64,000 nucleotides of DNA, taken from assembly GCA_004764695.1 (NCBI GenBank), contig SMSO01000005.1, positions 1,674,001-1,738,000 of the forward strand. Direction: 5' to 3'. The stretch's first letter is position 1; every line of letters begins with the position of its first letter. The notes under the pieces are model-generated. The model did not search any database. It worked only from the letters and a program-made list of their open reading frames with translations, and was not told where the DNA came from. Positions 13,101 to 25,586 of this stretch are shown here, in pieces. This stretch comes from Schizochytrium sp. TIO01 (Eukaryota; Protista; Bigyra: Labyrinthulomycetes). The position numbers and the translations under genes are program-made.

Positions 13101-15007
13101 GAAAAAGAGGAAATGAAAATACGTATAAATCGTATATTTGAGGATTAGTTATACATTTAGGAACGACAGACTGAGTGGCAAAGAAGGAGACAATTGAGCG
13201 GTCGACTGAGGAAGGCGGGAATGAGGATCATTGCAAAGTCCAACTTCGAGTTCAAGATCGAGCTCTTGAGCCCCCCTTGAGTTCTGGAGTCCTTTAGCTC
13301 TTTGGTTGTTGAGTTGCTTCAAGCTTGGGGCAGGATCTCGCTTATGCCTCTGGTTGGTCCTTGTTTGTTTTTCTTACTTGGGATCAATGCGTGAAAATCA
13401 ACTTTGATTTCACTCGGACCGCTGCGCTTACAAAAAGAGGCCTCTGCAGATAGATGAATAGATAAATAGATAAATAAATCTCCGTCGGTTTCCTTCGATC
13501 GATGCACATTTCTTCTGATCACAAGTTCGCCTCGAATCACTTCCCCCTCTTGTGCACTCGATATGGATATCGTGGCGAAGGTGTTGTAATGGACCTTCAT
13601 TCCCTGAGACGGATCAAAGGAAAATCAAACTTGACGAGGTTTTCTTTGTTTGAGAGGCGAGGCTTCCAAGGCAAGGAAAACTTGCCCCGTGATCTTGAGC
13701 AATCCATCTCTTCTTCTTCTTCTTCTTCTTCTTCTTCTTCTTCTTCTTCTTCGTTCGCAACCCAAAAGCCTCCGAAGGGACGGCAGGTCGAGCGAGCCGA
13801 AGTATATACAGAGGTCCCGAGCCGAGTCTTCAAAGCAGCCAAGAGAGATCTTGGAGCGGGAGGGCTCAAAGATAGATATTCACTAGCTCAGGTACTTCGT
13901 CATTCATTCATTCATTCATTCATTCATTCATTCATTCATTCATTTATTTATTCACTTATTCACATATTCGAGTAAGTTTATGTGCTCAAGATTATCGCGC
14001 CGATCTTTCTCAATCAAACCTCGAAGAGAAAGGAGCAAAAGGCGAACGGGAAAGTCGCGCGTGATCAAAGATGCTCATTGGCCGAAGCTGGAGATCCAAA
14101 AGGCGACCGATATTGCACTGTATGTTTCGCGGAAGTGTTGGGTAGGGACGGTTCAGAAAGCGCCGGGGGACCCGCAACCGAGTCTGTTTTTGAATGAGTT
14201 CGATTCTTTCTCGCGAATCCCTACCCGGCTCTATCTGACCTCTACTGCCATAGATCATTTTTTTTTCACTTTCTATTTTTTTTTAAATGAAGTTTTTTTT
14301 TTTTTTTTAAATAAAAAAAATCCTTAAATTTTAAATTTAAGAGCTTAAATTAAAAACCGTACTGTATAGAGTGAACAATATAACAGCAACAATAGTTATG
14401 ATGATAATAATAATTTAAAAAGATGAAATCAAATATAGGAAACCTTGGGATCATCGCCTTTACTTGAGGATCAGAGGCTTTTGAGGATAACCTCTGTGGA
14501 AGGAGAGGAAACCAAACAATCAAACAATCAAACAAGCCAACAAACGAAACATATAGCCAGAAACCTGCCTGGCTCGCTGGCGCGACGGCCTCAGAGCTGC
14601 CGTATGCGCCGCCCCTCCAGGCTGGAGCCCCATCTCGAGCGGTTTCCAACTTGAGGTTTGCGGCTCTGGGTTACCAACTTTCATTTCATTTTTCACTTAT
14701 TATTTATTTATTTGTTTATTTATTTTTAATTTGTTTATCATCATGATCTGATTTATACAGATATATATAATTTAATTTTAATAAAAAAACAATAAAAAAA
14801 CTTTAGTTTTATGCCTCATTTTTGGGATGCGGGTTTCAAGAATTTCGAGGTTGAGGTCCTCGGCGTGGACCTCTGCAGCGTCGCGACTGAAGTTGACAAG
14901 ATCCTCGTGGCATTCGGCGAAGGAAAGACGGCCCCAGTACCCAGCGAGGAGCGACCGGCCTCCGCGTCGAAAGTGGAGCGGGCGGATTACATGCACTTCG
15001 CGGCTTT

Positions 15008-15061
15008 CTTGCTCAACTTGCTCAACTTGCTCAACTTGCTCAACTTGCTCAACTTGCTCAA
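15008..15061. repeat. Nonamer repeat (CTTGCTCAA)x6
   Basis: Six perfect copies. Confidence 0.95.
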
Positions 15062-18000
15062 GCCTTGTGTGAAACACGTACCTATCTACACGATGGCACG
15101 GTGCTCTTCTTGCCTTAAACTCCAAGCTGCACTTGGTGCTGCTGCCCTCTGGGAGAGCGAGCCTTCCAGGTCCTGCCTGCTTCCTAGCTGCGAGGAGTGA
15201 GCGAGTCGAGTCCAAGATGGCACATCCAGCAAGGCAAGCTTAGGCAAGGCAAGGCAAGGCAAGGCGAGGCGAGGCGAGGCGAGGCAAGCGACCTCAAGGC
15301 TCCAAGCTGAGCTGTACAAAGTGTCCACTCCTCACTGCAACAGAAGTCACTCGCCTGCTGGTCAAGAAGCGAAAGCCATGACATGAGCGGTGTGACCCGA
15401 AGTGCCCCAACTTCTAACCTCGGCACGCAAGTGAAAACTCCAGAGACAGCAAGCAACATCGCAAGCTGGTTGCTTGTTGAGGTCACTCCGAGACGGTGCA
15501 ACGGGCTGGCTAGCTAGCTAACTAGCTAGCTGGTCGGCTGGCTTGTACAACGCCATTCTGGCCTTCTCTCGCGGCCAGTGCACTGGCACAATGTCGCGAG
15601 GAGCGTGCACCATCACATGCGATTGCAAAGTGTGGCTGCCTGGGTAGCCTAGTGGCGGCGATGGCACGAGCGGCGTCTTGGACTGACTGGGCCTGTGGTA
15701 GTACCTAGCCTAGCCTACCTCACGCATGCGTGCGTGCATATAGGTGCCTACTTGGGCACTAGAGCGAAGTGCGTGCACTGGAAGTAGCATGGAGTGTTGA
15801 TTGAGCTGGAGTGGCAGCCGTAGCTTTGCGAGCAGGTAGTACTACCAACTTGACGATGGACGAAGGAGCTGCAGTGTTCCTTTCAATGCGCTCTAATGAT
15901 TTGAGAGACAGGGAGAGAGATTGAGAGGGCGAGAAGTACCGCGACGCCAAGTAAAGAAAGCTACGAGCTTGAATGTAAAATACAAGGTAAGGATCTCTTT
16001 CTGTAATTTTCATAGATACGCACGGTTTTGGAACAGAGAGTTTCAGGATGAGTTCTTGGAAGCCTCGCTAGCTAAGTAATAGACAGGAATTCATCGACTC
16101 GACTCGATATTGTAAGACATGCGGTGACTTGGACTTCGCGTGGATGATGAAGATCATTTCCAGGTGCTGATTCGAAATTACCACAGTATCTTTGCAATCT
16201 ATTCCTGAGCTGAAACGCAATCTGTGGCACGCGGCAAGTCTTCGAGCATGTTGCCACAGTCGGACTTGCATTATTGTAGAGAAGTGAAATTCTTCAAACT
16301 AAATACACAAGCAGCATCTACGTACCAGTAATTCGCATTTTCACATTTTGTAGAGCAAAGAAGATCTGCAAAACTGCTCGCTTAGAGCACATAAAACACA
16401 AGCAGCGCAAGCACTTCGCGGGCAGCTAGCCAGCTCATGGCGCATACGTCACGTGTGATCTTCCTATTAAAAGTTTTTGGATCTGCCTCGATCATCTGAT
16501 CACGATGAAAAGTAGCATGGCGTCTCAGATACTTGATAAATAGCAAGGTATGTCTACTGAGTCTATACGCCGTTGGTACCGCGTTTTAAAAGTAATTTTT
16601 ATAAGTTGAAATAAAATGTAAATATGATTTCTGTAATGAAAGCTCCCTACGGATCTTCCCTCATCAACATGTCCGACCTGACGCCAAATCTGAGCCTGTT
16701 CCTTTATTATGGTGGAAAGAAGCCTCTTGGTTGACATCTTAGCCTCCAGATTCTAATTCAAATTCGAATCAGTCATGCATGGAGATTTACTGATATTTGC
16801 GATTGTTGCATTGCAACGCTTGCGATCACCTGCTCCACCTCCAAGCTAATAGAACCAATAGGACCCAAGAGATCGCACAAGCGAAATACATGTTTGCCGT
16901 GTGATCATGATTGGATAGTTGATCGAAATCCCTCAAATGTACAAACAGAGACCTGTCATTTAAATCATAAGAATAGAATGGTATCCCTAAATACAATCTT
17001 GAAAAGTTGTTCTCGTTGACTTTTGGGGAATTCTCATGTTAAAAGACCGTCGGTGAGATGCTACACTGCTTGCCATTCCCTATCTCTTGTTTCTTATGCT
17101 CTGGTCGAATAAGGAATACTGTTATTGCCACCACTTGTAATGTGTAGCAATTATTCTCTTATTTACCCCCATTACTATGCCATTCCAGGTTAGGGCTGCT
17201 CATAATCTATGAATGTCATCCTTCTATTTAACTGTCATGAAAACGGTGTTTCTTAAATTCTTCTTCTCCCATTAATAGATGTAGTATCCTTCCAACACGA
17301 TTCTATGTAAGAAGACCGAAGTGTCCAAAACGGTCATGGAGAAAACTACTCACAACCTCATTCGAACAGCACAAAGTCAATTGTTTAACGTCCCTTATCT
17401 TGCTGAAGGGAGCTTCGCCAAGTCAATATACTCAACAACAACCACCACACATCAACTTGATTCTTTCTTTAAAACTCCGCTTGCCTATATTTTGCACATT
17501 GTGCTGCCCGAGTCCTATACGCAAGCGAGAGACCTTCAGGTCTTGCAAAGTGTTTTCGTATCTAAAGACTCAGCAAATCTGCTTCCCCGCACTAATCAAC
17601 GGATATATTGTGGCTGGGCTCAATAACGCTGCCCTTAACGCCTACGGATGCCTACATTTAGTCGCCCGCATCCTTATCGATGCTACCAGCTCAACTGTTA
17701 GCAAGCAGTCTCTCTACGTCGACCCCCTCCAGCGGTCCTGCGGCCTGTAGATCCCGCACGAAATCCATTGGAAAGAGAAGAAGGTCTATCGAGTTATGTA
17801 GGCTGTACATCACATGGATTCCCTTATTAACTACCTAGCTATCTACCTAAGCAAGCAGCGGAGGAAAAAGAACCCTGATGGCGTTGCCAAGCATCATACT
17901 CTCTTCAATAACTAACGAAGGTGGCGCTTAGTCCCAAACTGAGACGCAGACGGTCGCCAACGAGGCTCTTGGGGGCATCACGAGCACCGTGGCCTCAGAG

Positions 18001-18461
18001 AGATCAGCCACCAACTGATGAAAGCAATCGAATCTGGGCGTGGGCCGCCTCAGGCGCAGCCTTCTTTGTAATACATACATACGTATGTATATATACATTC
18101 CTTTGGAATAAAATACAGCCTGCTGCGCATATACAAGACCCCGTGTATTTGAGCTGTCATTCTGTGCACGCGCCACTTTGAGCACATTAAAGTACCATAC
18201 TAAGATCCCTCTGCATTGGTTTTCGGACGCGTCTTAAAATAGGCAGACCGAGATGATTGATTGATTGATTGATTGATTAACTGATTGCTTGACGCAAAGC
18301 CTCTACCTACTCGACCTTGAGCTTGCGAAAGCTCGCAGGGGAGGCTGAAGCCAACGCTCGCAGAGTAAATAAAACGAGTGGGTTGTAGGCTGGGCCTGGA
18401 CCAAGCGCGCAATCGAGCGCGGTTCGGAGAGCCGTCACGTGGCTTGTGAGACCAGCAATCT

Positions 18462-18492
<31 letters not shown>

Positions 18493-18808
18493 TGCTTGCT
18501 AGACTGGCCCGTGCGGACCCTCGCGAGCCTGCCCAAAACTAGCTGCCTAGCATGGGTTTTTCTGTACAAAAGCGACGATAGCTGCGATGCGAGCTCGACT
18601 CGTGGATCAATCGAAGCGCGGCAGCCGTGCGAAGGCCGCGATGGAGAGCCCACGAGGCTGGTGGTTGCGAGTGCAAGGCAAGCAAGAATCGCAAGGCAAG
18701 CAAGCAAGCAAGAGAACTATTCGAGCTCGCACGTGACCCATTTATTATCTCAGGATGGTTTTGCACGTGCGGCACTTGCAAGGCCTCAATTTAGGACGTA
18801 GACCCCGC

Positions 18809-18900
18809 CTATTGTAAACGTTAGCACAGTCGGTGAGGTTCGCACCACCCTCCGTGAGCCTTTGTGTGCATATTCTCACTTCGAACTTTACAGTACGTAC
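18809..18900 (-). other. Canonical-looking 92-nt spliceosomal intron outside any intact gene
   Basis: On the minus strand: donor GTACGT at 18900, branch GCTAAC at 18825-18820 and acceptor AATAG ending at 18809. Confidence 0.5.
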
Positions 18901-19518
18901 CATAATAGAGAGAACCTTTTCGGGGCTTTCTTTGCAACCAATACCTGCAGCAGGCAAGACAAACCGAAGGGCCTCGGCGCGGCAGTCGATCGAGCGCTCG
19001 CGTTGATCGATCGCATGAACACTCACTCGTCCAGCCAATGAATTATGAACGGCTTGGCTTGGCTGGGCTTGGAGAAAGCGAGGCGTATTTTATTCCACGA
19101 AAACATAAAATACAGAGGACTTCCTTTTTAGGACACGAGAGGTGTTTCTTTACTTATTTATTTGTTTGTTTCTTTGTTTTCCTGCCTCGATAATCCAAAC
19201 TGCGAACCGCCCCCGAGCGTCGACCAGGCCTCAGGCTGCGTCCGTAAGCGCGAAAACTCGCAGGAGCTTCCTCTCTGCGTGTCTCTGAGTCGTATCTGGG
19301 CTGCTTTCATCCGCCCGCCGCCCCTCCCCAGCGTTGCGCCGCCTTCGCTTGCTCCGGAAGGCGGACGACTCGACGGAGAGACCGCCCTTGCGCTCCTACC
19401 ATTTAGTCTATATGGTCCTAGCGGCACGCCACCTCTCTTTTTTCCCCATTCCCAGTTCCCCTTTGTTTGTTAGTGTTGTTTACTGTCACTGTCATTGTCT
19501 GTTTTTTAATTCACTTAG

Positions 19519-19663
19519 TCATTCAATCATTCAATCATTCGCTCATTCAATCATTCAATCATTCAATCATTCAATCATTCAATCATTCAATCATTCGCTC
19601 ATTCAATCATTCATTCATGTGTTCGTTCGTTCGTTCGTTCATTCGCTCATTCATTCATTCATT
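19519..19663. repeat. (TCAATCAT)n / (TTCA)n / (TTCG)n compound microsatellite
   Basis: Directly visible. Confidence 0.9.
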
Positions 19664-20529
19664 TATCTGTAGCGATTAAAATACAGCGGTTTATAAGTAG
19701 GACTTTAAAGACGGCGTCTTAAAATATCCATAGGCGTATATTTAGGAGTAAAGCTAGGGCCGCGGAATAAAAGACGGGCCCCGTCGCCTCTATGTGTATG
19801 TTAGTATGAGATGAAAGTATGTTTCATTGAAGTGCTCCATTTAATGATGTTTTACAAAGCAGGAGAAGGTGGAGGACCCCCGCACCACCGGGCTCGCTTG
19901 GAGGCCTTGGCCCTCTGGCTGCAAGGCTGCAAACAGACAACTACATAGGTGGAGAATAGTTTTGCCAGCTCAGAAGCCCCCGCTGCGAGTGAGTGAGTGA
20001 ATGCACAGGACTCGAGAGAACTGCAGACCTGGTGCACCATTTTGTATGTATTCATCTGTGAATGTCTATGTAAAGCGGCGCTTTCGTTTGCCCCATTCGA
20101 CGCACTTTCTCTCCTTCCTTCTTTGTCCTAAAATAATGCACTACTATTATTATTATTAATAGTGCCTATACATGCCTTAGACAGGCTTTCTTTCTAGCTT
20201 TGGGGAATTTTTAGTTTGTATTAAAAGTAAAAATGAATTGAGTAATGAAGAAGAAGGCGGTGGGGTGGTGCAAAATACAAGAACAGGGCGCAGCGGAGCA
20301 GAATGAGTTCATTTCACATTGACATTCTTTCACTCACGTACTCTTCATTCGATATTTCCCTTTCTTGCGCGGTGCTGCGCGCTGGCGGGGCCCGCAAGCG
20401 AGGGCCTGCCTGGCGGTTGGCTCGCTAGCAGCAAGGAGAGGAGGAGGGAAACTGCTGGCGAAGGATTTGGGCCAGGATTTTAGGCTTGCTCGCAAGACGC
20501 CAGGGTCTTGCTGGGCATCGGTCGGTCGG

Positions 20530-20584
20530 CCATCCATCCATCCATCCATCCATCCATCCATCCATCCATCCATCCATCCATCCG
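20530..20584. repeat. (CCAT)n microsatellite about 380 bp upstream of the PLC start
   Basis: Directly visible. Confidence 0.95.
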
Positions 20585-20960
20585 TTTAGGACCTCACTCA
20601 GGTTTTAGTTTGGCAGAACTGACTTACTAAGACGACACGGGCAGCAAGACGGACGCGAAGATTGGGAACAGCGAGAGCTCTAGAGCCTGCTGGGCAGGTG
20701 GAAGGGTTTGACGAAGACATTTGAGAAGTCTGGGAATTTGGAACTCTCTAATAAGGAGGGGTAGGCTTTAAAGGGTGGGGATTCCGGGGTGGAGAACTCT
20801 TTAGCTAGTTGGCCAAGATCAAAACAGCGAGCTCGAACGAACCCGCTCCGTGTCAACCGGCTTTAGTAGTGTTTTTAAAACCTGATCAAAGTTAGTGTCA
20901 TTCTCACCAGATTGCGAGAGAGAACTAGCGGGCTCCTTCTAACTGAGCTGCGAATCAGAA

Positions 20961-23729
20961 ATGGGCGTCTGCTGCAGCACAAGCAATTTTGCAGAAGGCT
21001 ACAAACCTTCAAAACACGTGAACTCGATTCGATTGATTAAGGAGCTACACGAGGTAGCACAGGAAAGGTGGAATGCTCTGCCCGTGGGCAAGGACGACAA
21101 AGTCGAGGTGGCCAGAATTCAAGAAGCACTTGCAAAATGGTCACCCTATGTCTCAGCCTCTCATGCACAAAAGGTAATGCAGACATACAACGTGCCAAAG
21201 TACAGAATGGGATTTTACGAGTTTAGAAACCTCTTCGTAGAATACCATCTGTCCCTACCTTCTAGTGCTCCAACAATCTTTGAGGCATCTCTGAAGAACC
21301 CAAAGTCAGGATTTATGACCGCCTCGGAGCTTGGTGTCTTCATCAGTAATCACTCCGGAGGCTTGGACCACTTCAAACTCAGCGAACTCGATTCTATGAT
21401 CACATTTTACCAACAAAATGCATCTCGACTCATTGTTGGCAAGGTACCGCGCGGGGCCATGATGCTCGAAGCCTTTGCGCAACTCCTTGTAGATTCCCGC
21501 GTCAATTCCTATACAGACCGCAGCAAACTCAAAAGCGTTTACCAGGACATGTCACACCCGCTCTCCGAGTACTACATTGCCTCTTCACACAACAGTAGTC
21601 TGCTAGGCAATCAACTCACTTCAAGAAGCAGCGGCGAGGCAATTCGCCGGGCTCTGCTTCTTGGTGTACGCATGATTGAGCTCGATGCCTGGGAAGGCGA
21701 AGATGGAGAACCCATTATTACGCATGGCCATACACTGGTAGTGCCAACTTCTTTTGCAGCATGCATTGAGGTCGTACGTGAGGTCGGATTCAAGACAAGC
21801 GAGTATCCGCTAATTCTCACCATCGAGAATCACTGTAGTCTGGGGCAACAACGTCGCCAAGCCGAGATTCTTCGAGATGTCCTCGGACCTATGTTATACC
21901 GGTACAATCGCGATTTTACGCAAGTACCTCTCTCCGACCTTATGCAAGGTGAGGATGAGTGGTTATCCCCGCAGGAACTCAAGGGCAAGATCATCATTCG
22001 TGACAAACCAATGAAGAAACCCCGACGCCGCGATGATCGTGCCGGCCGTCGAGCGAGTGCCTTCTTAGAAATGCACCGCCGTCGAAGCGCAGGTTTCCGC
22101 CCCGACATGCAAACCGTAGATAATATGAGTGCAACTGTTGTTGCAATGGCCCGGGCAAGTCTTTCGTACGCTGCAAAATCACTCTTGAATGGAAGCGGAA
22201 CCCCAGAATCCGACGAGGTCGGATCTTCACGTATGGACAAGCTTGACGTTCTCCCTGGTATTGAAGAAGATGACGAAGATGATGTTGTCGATGACGATGA
22301 CGACGACGAATATGAAGATGAAGGTGACAGCAGTAATAACCATGCAATCGACCGGCGCGCAAGCCTCGATCGCCAAGCCAGTCTGGATCGCCGGGCAAGT
22401 CACGTTCGTGGCGACCGCTCCGCAGCTCTTCGAAACTCAATCCGCATTCGCCCCTCCTTTGTTGAAGAACAACTAGAAGGTGGCTCTCCTACAGGTGGCA
22501 CCACCAATCCATCGCCTGGGCCAACCACCCTGCAAAGACGTTCCATTGACCGCAAATTTTCAGGAAATAATGCTTCATCCCAAAAGAGGCTCTCCACCAG
22601 CTTTGATGATGGTGAACCGCCCGCAGACTTCTCCCTTCCTGTGAACATTATCATGGCTCTCTCCGAAAAATATGATCGTCACCGTAGCGTTGCAAAACGT
22701 GTCAGTGCTCGCCTTGCCAGAACACTTCGACCCCGTTCTGTAGACCTTGCACGCAGCTCCTCGGCAATATTGAGCTCGTCGTCGTCCTCATCGAATGCTA
22801 GTGAAGATGACGATCAAGGTGAACTTGATTTGGACGACCTAACTGTTACCCATTTGGAACTCATTTCCGAGTCCGTGAAAGCGCGCAGTGCCGACCCTTC
22901 TCTGCTTGCGCTCATGTATATCAAGAATGTCAAGCTTCGTTACAAGATCTCTCCCTTTGGGATTGATTTCGAACAACCTCAATTTCGTTCGTCATCTTCA
23001 ATCGACGAACGCAAACTCGCTACGCTCACAAAGTACCCTGAACGGACAGAAGCCTTGGCTGAGTATTGCCGGAAACATATTATTCGCGTATATCCGGCAG
23101 GCCAGCGCTTTGACTCTTCTAATTTTGACCCCCTTCCTGGATGGTGTGCTGGCGTTCAATGCGTTGCACTAAACGTGCAAAAGAACTCGCCTGCGGTGTG
23201 GATCAGCTACGGTAAATTTCGCAATAATGGGGGGTGTGGTTTCTTGCTTAAACCTCCTACGCTGCGTCGCAATGCTGCAAGGATTCCAGAGCCCATCACT
23301 TTCCGCGTAAAGATTCTGTCAGGGCACTACCTCATCCCATCTTTCCAGTTCCGCGATTCCTCGCAACCAACCCAGGTCCCCTCTGAAGTTTATGTTGAAG
23401 TCTCTGTCCATGGTTGCAAGGCTGACACCGTGGCCTTCCGTACACGCGCAGTGAAGCGCAACTGTTTCAATCCCGCATGGAACCAAGTAACACACTTCCC
23501 TATCCAGCGCCCAGACCTTGCTCATGTACTCTTCGTGGTCAAGGACCAGGATGGGCAAGTCTTTTGCCAGTCTAGTACCTCCCTTGATTGCATCCGTCAA
23601 GGTTTCCGCGTGGTCCCCCTTGCCACGCCGTCATGTGCGCCATCAAACCACTCCTATCTGTTTTGCAAATTTGACATTCTCAGCTATGAGGATCACCTCA
23701 AGCTCATGTCTGAAGACCCAATCAAATAG
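20961..23729 (+). CDS. Phosphoinositide-specific phospholipase C (EF-hand-like region, X, long linker, Y, C2; no PH domain), 922 aa
   Basis: X box: YQDMSHPLSEYYIASSHN, IELDAWEG, ITHGHTL, YPLILTIENHCS, SPQELKGKIII. Y box: IRVYPAGQRFDSSNFDP, GVQCVALNVQ, FRNNGGCGFLLKP. C2: YVEVSVHG, NCFNPAWNQ, CIRQGFRVVPL. N-terminus MGVCCS. Confidence 0.95.
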   Translation: MGVCCSTSNFAEGYKPSKHVNSIRLIKELHEVAQERWNALPVGKDDKVEVARIQEALAKWSPYVSASHAQKVMQTYNVPKYRMGFYEFRNLFVEYHLSLPSSAPTIFEASLKNPKSGFMTASELGVFISNHSGGLDHFKLSELDSMITFYQQNASRLIVGKVPRGAMMLEAFAQLLVDSRVNSYTDRSKLKSVYQDMSHPLSEYYIASSHNSSLLGNQLTSRSSGEAIRRALLLGVRMIELDAWEGEDGEPIITHGHTLVVPTSFAACIEVVREVGFKTSEYPLILTIENHCSLGQQRRQAEILRDVLGPMLYRYNRDFTQVPLSDLMQGEDEWLSPQELKGKIIIRDKPMKKPRRRDDRAGRRASAFLEMHRRRSAGFRPDMQTVDNMSATVVAMARASLSYAAKSLLNGSGTPESDEVGSSRMDKLDVLPGIEEDDEDDVVDDDDDDEYEDEGDSSNNHAIDRRASLDRQASLDRRASHVRGDRSAALRNSIRIRPSFVEEQLEGGSPTGGTTNPSPGPTTLQRRSIDRKFSGNNASSQKRLSTSFDDGEPPADFSLPVNIIMALSEKYDRHRSVAKRVSARLARTLRPRSVDLARSSSAILSSSSSSSNASEDDDQGELDLDDLTVTHLELISESVKARSADPSLLALMYIKNVKLRYKISPFGIDFEQPQFRSSSSIDERKLATLTKYPERTEALAEYCRKHIIRVYPAGQRFDSSNFDPLPGWCAGVQCVALNVQKNSPAVWISYGKFRNNGGCGFLLKPPTLRRNAARIPEPITFRVKILSGHYLIPSFQFRDSSQPTQVPSEVYVEVSVHGCKADTVAFRTRAVKRNCFNPAWNQVTHFPIQRPDLAHVLFVVKDQDGQVFCQSSTSLDCIRQGFRVVPLATPSCAPSNHSYLFCKFDILSYEDHLKLMSEDPIK

Positions 23730-25586
23730 ATGATCTTCGTTGATTGATCCATTTGAGCTTGACTTTCTGGATTCCCGATTAGTCGCCAATGTGCCCCGTA
23801 CCTCTACCATGTAAGGACCTACAGTCCTTACTATTTTTGTTTGTCTGTACCATGGTATCGTGCTGATGATGCAACTCTCGTCTACATTAGTTGCGCCGTG
23901 CGGTACCCTTTTTTTTCAATGTTTTTGAAAATTACTCTCTACTGCTCTCTGTCAATGATGTTATTCATCTCTGTCTCTTCTCTCGTGTGAGGATCTATCC
24001 ACCTAGCTCGTCCCTGATTTAGCTTGACATCGTCCATGAATAACAAACCCAACTGCCTTTGGCTCTTGTTGATCTCATGTGGGCTTCCTTCCCCTTCTTA
24101 AAGTCTACTAGTTTCCATGATTCTTTCTTCCACTCTGCAAATCATCGAGCTTAACACGAAAAGTAGGAAACGATTTTGTCGTAAACCAGATTGCTCACGA
24201 AGCTCACCGCCGAAATTCTCTTTTGAAATGCGGCAAGGAGCCGATATTCTCGACAACGAGTCGTTTTGACGATTCTTTTTCACTCAGCATCTTGATTTTC
24301 TCTGTTGCGTTGCGAAATTTTAAAGATTTGTTGCGCACCATACGTGAGATTGGATCACGAAGTCGTCGTCGCGGCCACATGTGCTCGCTCGTGAATCCTC
24401 TAATAACATCAAGAAAAATAGAAAAGAAAAAGTTAAGGCAAGATCTGAGGTGGCCTTTCAGCGATGGTCTTTAAGGGAGAAAAGCTTTCCGTAGATGCTA
24501 TATAAGAAACGATGAGAGAGATGGTTTACACAAATACATAATCTTAAGTTTTCTTTCTTTTCTCATCACTGGCACAATCAATTTCGAAATAATACTTCAA
24601 CAATGATTTTAATTTGATTTTTGGGAGAGTCGTCACTGAGTTTTACCTAAATAGAAGTATTCATTGGAATGGCCTGGACTTGGGAGAATATCAGAATGAA
24701 AGCATTAGACTCAGGTAGTCTGCAACTCATGAGACTGTTCATTCATGTTTAATTTTCATCGTATGAAAATGAGCTTTAGTCCTCAGCCTTTTAATGCACC
24801 TCAATCACTTATACCACTCTTGGAATTCAACTTTTTACCTTAGGAAATTGGCACTCCGAACATGGAAATTTCAGGAAATTAAATATCTATTGATGCATAT
24901 CTATAATTAATTCACTAATTATAGTAGAAGCAACACTGAAACTTGAATACGAAAAGTTATACTTCAGATTGTTGTGTACCCAACTATCTTGTAATCAAAA
25001 GAAATTGAAAGAAATTATATATCAACTAATGTTGAGTTTCTACAAACTAAAATGTCTACATTTTGAACTACACGGGTTTCTGGTTCTGTTCAAAGAGCAC
25101 AGCAAGACTGGCAGTTTCGAAATACTGATTGAGGTTTCAATCTGTATTTCTTGCGGGTTTTTTGTACTTATCTCGCGCGTCTTTGTTGATCACTCCAAAC
25201 GAGGGCATCTAGACTTCACTGAGATCGAGGAAGCCTTTCTTGCCAGTCTATTTTTCTTTTCGTTTCTTCGATGAAGAAGTGAACAAATCTCGGTTTTGAT
25301 GCCTACTACTACTCTCTTCGTATAAGTTCGATTTCTTTCTATACAAGAAGTTAGAGACAGAACATGGGCGCAGTTCAACTAAGAAGCCACCCCTTTTCAG
25401 CTCCCTCGTGGACATGAGGAAAGCAAAGGACTGGGGAATAAATAATAAACGTATTGATGGAATTGGGAAAGAGGAGAGTGTCACGGCGCGCTTCTATGAC
25501 ACCAAAAGAAGTCTCGTTCACATCCGTCACTAAACGTTGACATTGGTGACACGAAAGAAAGGGGAGAAGGAAAAGGGGCCGCTTGT

